Source: Polyangiales bacterium (GTDB lineage: Bacteria; Myxococcota_A; Polyangia; Polyangiales; Polyangiaceae). From it: 64,000 bases of DNA. Location of the stretch: assembly GCA_038231275.1 (NCBI GenBank), contig JBBRLQ010000002.1:512001-576000 (forward strand), in the 5' to 3' direction. The translations under genes were made by a program, and so were the position numbers. The notes beneath the pieces were generated by a model, which saw nothing but the letters and a program-made list of their open reading frames with translations, was not told where the DNA came from and did no database searches. Below are positions 56,691 through 64,000 of this stretch, in pieces (positions within the stretch are counted from its first letter, which is position 1; every line of letters begins with the position of its first letter).

Positions 56691-57872
56691 CTAGAAGCGC
56701 ACGAAGTCGTCGGACACGAAGACGCTGCGGAGGACGCGCGCGAGGTCGTAGCCGCCGCGCGTGAAGTCGTCGGTCAGAGTGGCCACCACGTCGTCCGAGA
56801 GCGTCGCCTGATCGTCGACGATGTCCCCGCGCGACCACGCGAAATCGTAGACGCGCTTGACGGCGCAGCGCTGGACGTCGGGATCGTTCGCGATCGCCGC
56901 GCCGAGCGCGCGCAAGTCGTCGACGTTGGTTCCGCTGCGCCAGGCGAGCGGCTGGCCGGTGGGGATCCAGTCTTCGCGCGTAGCCTGTGCGGCGCCGGGC
57001 TTGGGGACGACGAAGCTGGCGGCGGGGAGCCCGTCCTTGCCGTAGATGCCAAAGAGCGGCGCGACGTGATTGAGCGTCGAATGGCAATTGGCGCACACGC
57101 GCCCGCTCGTCGATTGAAAGTCGATCGAGGGCGTCGCGCGGGTGCGATGGCCCGAGATGCTGTCGAACGGCCACGGGCTCGTGTAGACGCCGGTGTCGAT
57201 GACGGTCGGCTGCGCAGCGAACTCCGCGGGAAATGCCGAGCACGCGAACGTCTCCTGGACGAACCGGACGCGCCGGAACGCGAGGTTGCCGTAGTACTGC
57301 GCCAGAAGCCCAGGGTCGGTGAGGATCCCGACGGCCTGCGCGCCACCGGGGCAATCGGCGGGGACGAAGCTCCCGTTGACGAACGTGGTGCACGTGCCGC
57401 TCGTCGCCGTGAAGAGATCCGTGAACGGACGACGTCCGACGACGACAGACGCCGCGAACGTCGCCGCCGCGTCGAAGTCGGGTCCGTTCGGATCGGCGGC
57501 GCCGCTGCTCCCCGTCTTGAACGTGCTCTGCCACCACGCGATTTGCGTCGCCGCGAAGCGCGGATCCGCGAGGAGCGCGTCGATGCGACCTTCGTAGAAC
57601 GCCTTCTTGTCCGCCGCGTCGCGGAGCGCGCGCACGTCGGCGAGCGTGGGGATGTCGCCGACCAACTTGAGGCTCGCGGTGCGCAGCGCCTCGCCGTAAT
57701 CGACGACGCGCGGATCGACGACGACAGGGACGACCGGCGCCGGCCCCGCGCCAGGGGCCGTCACGGCAGGGGCGCGCTGCGCGAAGTCGTCGGGTAGCGC
57801 GGCGTCATCTTGGCAAGCAGCCGTCCCCGCGAGGACGAGCATCATCGGCGTCGAAACCATGGACCTTCGCAT
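56691..57872 (-). CDS. lipoprotein with CxxCH, DUF1549/DUF1585-like
   Basis: lipobox TAAC; LRTASLKLVGDIPT, IDALLADPRF, CANCH, GYDLARVLRSVFVSDDF. Confidence 0.8.
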   Translation of the reverse strand: MRRSMVSTPMMLVLAGTAACQDDAALPDDFAQRAPAVTAPGAGPAPVVPVVVDPRVVDYGEALRTASLKLVGDIPTLADVRALRDAADKKAFYEGRIDALLADPRFAATQIAWWQSTFKTGSSGAADPNGPDFDAAATFAASVVVGRRPFTDLFTATSGTCTTFVNGSFVPADCPGGAQAVGILTDPGLLAQYYGNLAFRRVRFVQETFACSAFPAEFAAQPTVIDTGVYTSPWPFDSISGHRTRATPSIDFQSTSGRVCANCHSTLNHVAPLFGIYGKDGLPAASFVVPKPGAAQATREDWIPTGQPLAWRSGTNVDDLRALGAAIANDPDVQRCAVKRVYDFAWSRGDIVDDQATLSDDVVATLTDDFTRGGYDLARVLRSVFVSDDFVRF

Positions 57873-57918
57873 CCGCGACTCTCCTTTCGCGTCACCCGGC
57901 GCTCCCCTCGACCTCTGC

Positions 57919-58716
57919 TCAGGGCAGCGGCTCGAGGTCCTCGAACGTGATGACCAGCTCGTCCTCGCCTCCCTCGCTGTCGAGGAAGATCACACCGTCT
58001 CCAAGAATCCCCTTCGCTCCCGCCGCGATCGTCTGATCGAGCGTGGAGAACGCGTCGACGCGATCGTCGACCGTCCCCTGCCCGCGCACGACGGTGAACC
58101 GCGGATGCACGACACGCACGCCTGCGCTCGGCGGCGCGGCGACGGTGATCCCGCTCAGCTTCATGCGCGCGGGCGCGCCGAACCACGACGCGTCGAACGA
58201 GAGGCGCGTGCCGCTCGGCGCCTTGCCGACGCCCGCGAGCTCGCGCACGTTGGGGCCGCGCGCGATCCCGAATTTCCCCGTCGTGATCGGCGCCGAAGGT
58301 GCGAGCGCCTTCGCCTCCGCGTCGAGCCATGCCTCTACGCGCGCGCGCAGGCTCGCGGCAAAGTCCGGCCCCGAGTGGCGCCCCTTCGCGAGGAGCTTGC
58401 TCGCGCTCGGATCCGGCGTGACGAGGCCTTCGTAGCCTTTGATCGACGCGTAGCGATCGGGCGGCGCGAGCCAGAGGGGCGCGTTCGTCCCTTGGCCGTG
58501 GCATCCGCCGCACGCCGAGACGAGATCCGAAAGGAGAGCGTCGAAAAGCCCGCGCGCTTCCCCGACGGGAGGCGCGGCGCTGTCCGCGGAGGCGTCTTGC
58601 GCAGGAGGTGCCGACGCAGCCGACGCCGTGAAGGGCATCGTCCCCGCCGGCTCGGTCGCGTCGCACGCAACGAGCGCGAGGGATGCGATGACGTGGAGGA
58701 TCTTCGCGAAGCGCAC
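57919..58716 (-). CDS. lipoprotein with a single CxxCH (putative c-type cytochrome domain)
   Basis: GTG start MRFAKILHVIASLALVAC; CGGCH...DPSASKLLAKGRH...VEAWL. Confidence 0.75.
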   Translation of the reverse strand: MRFAKILHVIASLALVACDATEPAGTMPFTASAASAPPAQDASADSAAPPVGEARGLFDALLSDLVSACGGCHGQGTNAPLWLAPPDRYASIKGYEGLVTPDPSASKLLAKGRHSGPDFAASLRARVEAWLDAEAKALAPSAPITTGKFGIARGPNVRELAGVGKAPSGTRLSFDASWFGAPARMKLSGITVAAPPSAGVRVVHPRFTVVRGQGTVDDRVDAFSTLDQTIAAGAKGILGDGVIFLDSEGGEDELVITFEDLEPLP

Positions 58717-58728
58717 GGGAACCCATAC

Positions 58729-58744
58729 TGCAACGCTCGTACCG
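58729..58744 (-). promoter_or_regulatory. putative sigma54 (-24/-12) promoter
   Basis: minus strand CGGTACG-AGCG-TTGCA, exact GG-N10-GC, 12 bp upstream of GTG 58716. Confidence 0.65.
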
Positions 58745-58984
58745 CGCGATTCGCGCCTCGCGGGGTCGACGCGGTCGACGGCGATCGGACGCGTCGACCC
58801 GCGTTCTGCGCCGAATACCAGCGCGATCCCCTCGGCTTGCGGGGGGGTGCTCGATTCGATCGCACCTGGAGCGATCGATTCCAGCAGGCCTGGTTCACGA
58901 GGACCACAGAGGGCCTCGCGCGTGCGCACATCCGCGCCGATCGACGCATGGACACCGATCGCGCCCTCCTTTAGCGTGGGGCGC

Positions 58985-61900
58985 ATGTCCGTCTTCAGCC
59001 CCAGGATTCGCGAGTTCTTGGCTGCCCCCGACGACGCGCGCCGGCTCGGACCGTACCGCTGCAAAGAGCTGCTCGACAAAGCAGGGTCAGCGCCCGTCTA
59101 CCGCGCCGTCGAGGAGCACGCGGGGCTCAGCCTGCGCGAGGTCGCGGTGAAGATCTTCGACATCGGGCAGACCAAAGCCGGCGACGCGCCCGAGGGCTGG
59201 CAAGCGCGCGTGGTCGACGAGGCGCGCGCGCTCTGCCGCGTTCAGCACCCCAACGTGATTCGCTTCCACACGATCTCGACCGATCCGAAGCGCGGGCTCA
59301 TGGGCCTCGTCATGGAGTTTGCGGAGGGCGTGAGCGTCGACAAGCAGCTCGACGGCGTGCCGCGCGGCGACGCCAAACGCGTCGCGCTCGCGGTCGAGAT
59401 TGGGATCGACATCGCGGCGGCGCTCGCGGCGGCGCACGAGGCGGGGGTGGTCCACTGCAACGTGAAGCCGTCCAACATCATGTTCACCGCCGGCACCCAC
59501 AAGTTGATCAACTTCGGCATCGCGGCGTCGGTGCGCACGGACGGCGCGAAGGACGATGGCGCGAAGCGCGAAGCCCTCGCGCTCGACGATCTGCCCCCCG
59601 AATCGATCGGCCGCAAGGCGTCGACGCTCGACAAGGCGGGCGAAGGCACGAAGGCGCCGATCACGGGGACGATCGGCTACGTCGATCCGGTCTGCCTCAA
59701 GACCACCTCGCCGCCCAAAGCCGCGAGCGATCTCTACTCGCTCGGCGCGACGCTCTACCAATGCATCGCCGGGGACGTGCCTGCGCTCGCCACCGCGAAG
59801 AAGGCGGGCGGCACGGGCGTCGACAAGAAGGTCCTCGTCGGCGACGCCACCGCCACGCCCCTCGCGGACGTCGCCCCCTCGACGCCTGCCGCCCTCGCCA
59901 AGCTCGTCGACTCTCTCGTAGCCCCGACACGCGAGGGCCGACCTCGCTCGGCCGAGGTCGTCCTCGGTGAGCTCGAACGCATTCGCAGCGCCCTCGCCGG
60001 CCGCGAGCGCGCGCTTCCCCCCGAGGAGCGCGGCCCGTTCCCTGGCCTCGAGCGCTACGAGGAGTCCGATCGCGACGTCCTCTTCGGCAGGTCGGCGGAG
60101 ATCGCCGGCGTCATCGAGCTCGCACGAACACGCGGCCTCGTCGGCATCGTCGGCCTCTCGGGCAGCGGCAAGAGCAGCATCACGCGCGCGGGGCTCCTCC
60201 CCGCGATCGAAGAGGGCGCGCTCGGCGGTTGGCCGAAGAAGTACCGCAGCGTCCTCGTCACGCCCGGCAAGGATTTGATGGCGGCCCTCTCCTCTGCACT
60301 CGAGAAGGTGCTCGGCGCGCCCGTGGACACGCACCCCGAGGCGATCGCCGAGCAGCTGGCGGCCGACGTCGACGCCAAAGGCGAAGGGATCGTGATCCTC
60401 GTCGATCAGCTCGAGGAGATCGTCACGAAGTACGAGGCGAAGAACGAGAAAGGCCGCGCCGCCGCGCTCGATCTGCTCTCACGCCTCGCCGAAGCGCACG
60501 TCGGTCTTCGCGTCATCGTCGCGGTGCGGCGAGATCTGCTCGACGCGTCGCTCGCGATCGATCCGATCTTCTCGCGCGCCCTCTCGCGCGGCATCCAGCT
60601 CCTCGCGCCACTCTCCGGCAGCGGCTGGGAAGAGGTCGTGGACCGCTCGCTCGAGGCCTACGGGTACCGCTTCGAGGACGCCGATCTCCGGAAGCAAGTC
60701 CTCGCGGATCTAAAGGGCCGCGCGTCGGCGATGACGCTCGTGCAGTTCGGCCTGACGCGCCTCTGGGGCGCGCGCGACACGAAAAAGAAGACGATCCCGC
60801 GCGCGGCGTTCAGCGAGAAGGGCGGCATGCAGAACGCCCTCGAAGAGCACGCGGAAGCGGCGATCGCGGCCAAGGAGATCCCGCGCGACACGCTGCGCCA
60901 CGTGCTCCTCGCGATGACGACCCCCGAAGGGACGCGCGCGCACGTCGAGCTCGACGTACTCGTCGAGCGCTACGGCGCCGCGGCGAAAGAGGCGATCTTC
61001 GCGCTGACGAAGGCCCGCTTGGTCGTCGCCGAGAAGGACGGGTTCACGTTCGTGCACGACGCCGTGCTCCGCGAGTGGAGCCTGGTCCGCGGCTGGCTCC
61101 AGGACGCGCGCGACGATCGTCTGCTCGTCGCTCACGTCGAGCGCGACGCGGCGCGCTGGAAGGAGTCGCACGACGTGGCGGAGCTGTGGCGCCAAGGGCG
61201 TCTCGCCGCCGCGGTGGAGCTCTGGAAGCGCGACGGGTCTCCGCTGAGCGACGACGCGAAGGCGTTCCTCGCGGCGGGCGTGAAGGAAGAGCAGAGGGCC
61301 CAGCGGACGCGCTTCGGCGTCGTGCTCCTCGTCGTGTCGATGATCGTCGGAGGCGCGCTTGTCTACGCGAAACTGAGTCACGACAGCGCCGAGCAGGCGC
61401 GTAAGGACGCCGACGCCCTCGCGGCCGCCCTCACCGACGTGAAGAGCCTCAAGCAGCAAGCGGAGGAGAACGCCGGCGAGGCCGCGACGACCGCCGCGCT
61501 CCTGCAGGAGCTGAGGAAGAAGATGGCGGAGGACCAAGCGACGTACGGCGCGAATGTCGCCGCAGCGATGAAGAAGGTCGCGAGCGCGACGAGCCTCGAC
61601 AGCGCGCAGAAGGCGACCGCCGATCTGAAGGCGCCGACCTCCGCGCAGAACCAGATGATCCCGCTCCTCGCGGGCCTCGCGGGGGGACCGAGCATGCCGA
61701 GCCCCGGCGGTACCGGCCCTTCTCCGAGCGGGGGCGGCGGCGGCTTCGATCAGGCGGCGATCGAGCGCGTCGTCAACTCACGTAAAGCCGGCGTCAAGCG
61801 TACCTGCCTCGAGCGGAGCTCCAGCACCGCATCGACTACCAAGGTCACAGCGACGATCACCATCGCCCCGAACGGCTCTGTCCAGAACGTGAGCACCGCG

Positions 61901-62014
61901 GGCGACGAACCGGTCGTGGCGAAATGCATCGAGCAGCAACTCCACAACTGGTCCTTCCCGGCGCCGGGCGAAACGAAAACGGTGCAAATCCCGTTCGTGT
62001 TCGTGCGGCAATGA
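58985..62014 (+). CDS. pseudokinase-nSTAND1 NTPase-TM-coiled coil-AgmX/PglI (TonB-C-like) fusion protein
   Basis: VAVK, HPNVI, HCNVKPSN, NFG; PFPGLERY..LFGR, GLSGSGKSS, VDQLEE; TM FGVVLLVVSMIVGGALVYA; CIEQQLHNWSFPAP..VQIPFVF. Confidence 0.88.
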   Translation: MSVFSPRIREFLAAPDDARRLGPYRCKELLDKAGSAPVYRAVEEHAGLSLREVAVKIFDIGQTKAGDAPEGWQARVVDEARALCRVQHPNVIRFHTISTDPKRGLMGLVMEFAEGVSVDKQLDGVPRGDAKRVALAVEIGIDIAAALAAAHEAGVVHCNVKPSNIMFTAGTHKLINFGIAASVRTDGAKDDGAKREALALDDLPPESIGRKASTLDKAGEGTKAPITGTIGYVDPVCLKTTSPPKAASDLYSLGATLYQCIAGDVPALATAKKAGGTGVDKKVLVGDATATPLADVAPSTPAALAKLVDSLVAPTREGRPRSAEVVLGELERIRSALAGRERALPPEERGPFPGLERYEESDRDVLFGRSAEIAGVIELARTRGLVGIVGLSGSGKSSITRAGLLPAIEEGALGGWPKKYRSVLVTPGKDLMAALSSALEKVLGAPVDTHPEAIAEQLAADVDAKGEGIVILVDQLEEIVTKYEAKNEKGRAAALDLLSRLAEAHVGLRVIVAVRRDLLDASLAIDPIFSRALSRGIQLLAPLSGSGWEEVVDRSLEAYGYRFEDADLRKQVLADLKGRASAMTLVQFGLTRLWGARDTKKKTIPRAAFSEKGGMQNALEEHAEAAIAAKEIPRDTLRHVLLAMTTPEGTRAHVELDVLVERYGAAAKEAIFALTKARLVVAEKDGFTFVHDAVLREWSLVRGWLQDARDDRLLVAHVERDAARWKESHDVAELWRQGRLAAAVELWKRDGSPLSDDAKAFLAAGVKEEQRAQRTRFGVVLLVVSMIVGGALVYAKLSHDSAEQARKDADALAAALTDVKSLKQQAEENAGEAATTAALLQELRKKMAEDQATYGANVAAAMKKVASATSLDSAQKATADLKAPTSAQNQMIPLLAGLAGGPSMPSPGGTGPSPSGGGGGFDQAAIERVVNSRKAGVKRTCLERSSSTASTTKVTATITIAPNGSVQNVSTAGDEPVVAKCIEQQLHNWSFPAPGETKTVQIPFVFVRQ

Positions 62015-62030
62015 ACGTACATTCGGCACG

Positions 62031-63110
62031 ATGGATGTCCGCAAGCTCGGTCTGACTCTCGTCGCGTTCTCGGCAGTGGTGTACGGCGCGTGCGTCGATG
62101 ACTCGACCAACAACGGCGGCCCCGACGCGTCGGCACCGCTCGATGCTTCGGTCGACGTCACGACGGGCGGAGACACCGGAACGACCTCAGACGCCGCAGA
62201 CGCCGCCGGCGACGTGGCAGCGGACGTCGCCACCGCGGACGCAGGCGACGGTGGCGCGGGCAACGACGCCGCAGACGCCGCCGACGCCACCGACGCCGCG
62301 ACCGACGCGAAAGACGCGGCCGACACCGGTCCGGGCTTCGACGACGCGGGCTGCCCATTGCCGACGGGGGTCGTCGTCGATCCGGCAGATGCCGGTCTTC
62401 CGGCCACGGGTCTGGCGCTGTGGCTCCGCGCGGACATGGGCTTGGCGACGCTCGACGGCGGCGCGGTGTGCCGATGGGACGACATAAGCGGCAAGACGCA
62501 CCCGTTCGCGCCAGGGAGCGCAACCCCTCCGGCGCTCGACCCGACAGGCATCAAAGGAAAGCCTGGTGTGTCGTTCATCGGTCCCAACCACCACCTCTAC
62601 CGCCCCGACGTGATCGGCCTCGCCGCCACGTCAGGCCGAACCATCGCCGCGTTCGGACGCACGGTCGACACGACGCGCCGCTTCCAATACTTCGTCCAAG
62701 GCACGACCGGCAGCGCGGGCACGTATTTCGGGCTCGACGCCAACACGTTCAGCACAGCGGGGAGCCGCGAGGGCGTCTACGTGACGAACAACGCCTACGA
62801 CTCGAACGTCGCCACCTCGGCGAACCCGCGCAGCCACGTGTTTTCCATCAGCAGCTTCACGCCGGGCGGCGCCCTGCCAGGCGTCCTCGCCTACGCGGTC
62901 GACGGCGTCGACACGACGCTCACGCGAAACGCAGGCGGGCTCGGCAACGGAACGGTGGAGGATTTCTCCACCGCGAACGTGACGGCGATCGGCGCCGGCG
63001 TCGCTGGCTTTACCGGCGCGGAGCTCGGCGAGCTTCTCGTCTACGACCACGCCTTGACGCTGGCGGAGCGCCTCGCCGTCTCGCAGTACTTCGCGGCTCG
63101 GTATCCCTGA
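62031..63110 (+). CDS. lipoprotein with LamG/ConA-like domain
   Basis: lipobox YGAC; DA-rich linker; GLALWLRAD, VCRWDDISG, ELGELLVYDHALT...YFAARY. Confidence 0.82.
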   Translation: MDVRKLGLTLVAFSAVVYGACVDDSTNNGGPDASAPLDASVDVTTGGDTGTTSDAADAAGDVAADVATADAGDGGAGNDAADAADATDAATDAKDAADTGPGFDDAGCPLPTGVVVDPADAGLPATGLALWLRADMGLATLDGGAVCRWDDISGKTHPFAPGSATPPALDPTGIKGKPGVSFIGPNHHLYRPDVIGLAATSGRTIAAFGRTVDTTRRFQYFVQGTTGSAGTYFGLDANTFSTAGSREGVYVTNNAYDSNVATSANPRSHVFSISSFTPGGALPGVLAYAVDGVDTTLTRNAGGLGNGTVEDFSTANVTAIGAGVAGFTGAELGELLVYDHALTLAERLAVSQYFAARYP

Positions 63111-63116
63111 GATCGT

Positions 63117-63449
63117 TCAGGGCTCGTCCCCGTCCTCGTCGGGCTCGGCGGTGACGAGGAGCGGCATCTCGTTCGCGCGCGCAAAATCCATGATCTGCGC
63201 GGCCTTCGTCTCGGCGATCTCGCGCGTGTACACGCCGGCGACGCCCTTGCCCTTCTCGTGGACGGCGAGCATGAACGTCAGCGCCGACGTCTCGCTCATA
63301 TGGAAAAACTGCTCGAGGACCATGACCACGAACCATTTGGTCGTATAGTCGTCGTTGTAAAAGACGACGCAGTAGCGGCGCGCGCGGGCGGTCTTGGGAT
63401 CGCGCTCGAGCACGACATCGCCGTCGTCGTCGTTCTCCCACGCGCTCAT
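63117..63449 (-). CDS. clpS: ATP-dependent Clp protease adaptor ClpS
   Basis: [30 protein letters not shown]. Confidence 0.93.
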   Translation of the reverse strand: MSAWENDDDGDVVLERDPKTARARRYCVVFYNDDYTTKWFVVMVLEQFFHMSETSALTFMLAVHEKGKGVAGVYTREIAETKAAQIMDFARANEMPLLVTAEPDEDGDEP

Positions 63450-64000
63450 AGGACCATCTCCGCGACGAGGTGCCGCACGAGCTCGGCCGCGGGGAGCGTG
63501 CGCGCGAGCGGAGCGCCCTGCCCCGCCCATTGGGCGCCGAAGCCGAACTCGCTCTTCCGCTTCCCCGCCGCGTGCAGCGCTTTGCCAAGATCGTACGCGA
63601 TGGGATAGTCGGGGACGTCCCGCGGCGCCACGCCGGCTCCGAGCGCGGTGAATCGGTTTGCCAGGCAGCGCGCCGGTCGCCCGGAGATCACGCGCGTCAT
63701 CACGGTGTGATGCGCAGCGTCGCTCGCCATCGCCGCTCGGTAGCCGTCGTCGGCCTGCGACTCGGTCGTCGTGACGAAGGCCGTGCCGAGCTGCGCTGCG
63801 CTCGCGCCGAGACGAATCGCCGCCGCGACGCCCGCTCCATCCATGATGCCGCCGGCGGCGATCACCGGCACCGTCAGCGCCCGCGCGAGGATCCGCGTCA
63901 GCGCCAGTGTGCCGAGCCGATCGTCGGACGCGTCGGGATCGAAGACGCCGCGATGGCCGCCCGCTTCGTATCCTTGCGCGACGACCGCGTGCACTCCGGC
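63446..64000 (-). CDS. nitronate monooxygenase family protein (C-terminal part; 5' end outside window)
   Basis: [37 protein letters not shown]. Confidence 0.92.
   Translation of the reverse strand, partial: AGVHAVVAQGYEAGGHRGVFDPDASDDRLGTLALTRILARALTVPVIAAGGIMDGAGVAAAIRLGASAAQLGTAFVTTTESQADDGYRAAMASDAAHHTVMTRVISGRPARCLANRFTALGAGVAPRDVPDYPIAYDLGKALHAAGKRKSEFGFGAQWAGQGAPLARTLPAAELVRHLVAEMVL

Noticed and set aside
59453-59518. A-to-I editing restoring the kinase aspartates (AAC to GAC)
   Set aside because: No TadA-type UACG context, and the Arg-to-Cys change and degenerate Gly loop would remain

Overview
A GC-rich (roughly 70% by eye), gene-dense chromosomal segment typical of a myxobacterium (Polyangiales-like): one MYXO-CTERM protein, an AgmX/PglI-type domain, many Cys-rich lipoproteins, three Hanks-type kinase domains and an FHA-sigma54 activator. 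About 55 genes are supported. I found no rRNA, tRNA, CRISPR array, transposase or phage genes. Best candidates for undescribed systems: (1) at 53.3-63.1 kb, a four-gene envelope operon with a sigma54-type promoter (two CxxCH lipoproteins, a lipoprotein and a Tat substrate). It is flanked by an FHA-activator lacking GAFTGA and by a pseudokinase (HRD->HCN, DFG->NFG)-nSTAND1-TM-AgmX/TonB-C fusion. (2) At 2.6-7.3 kb, an AAA-TPR regulator followed by two genes that each carry the same 30-bp palindrome/ECF-like promoter element. (3) A metal-ligand-deficient M29 aminopeptidase homologue translationally coupled to a CxxxCxxCC protein. The window also holds a DUF1592/DUF1552 module, a TetR operator controlling an SH3-C39 peptidase, a cold-shock RNA-chaperone pair with structured leaders and a two-pseudogene deletion scar. 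All family calls come from recognising motifs by eye, not from database searches.
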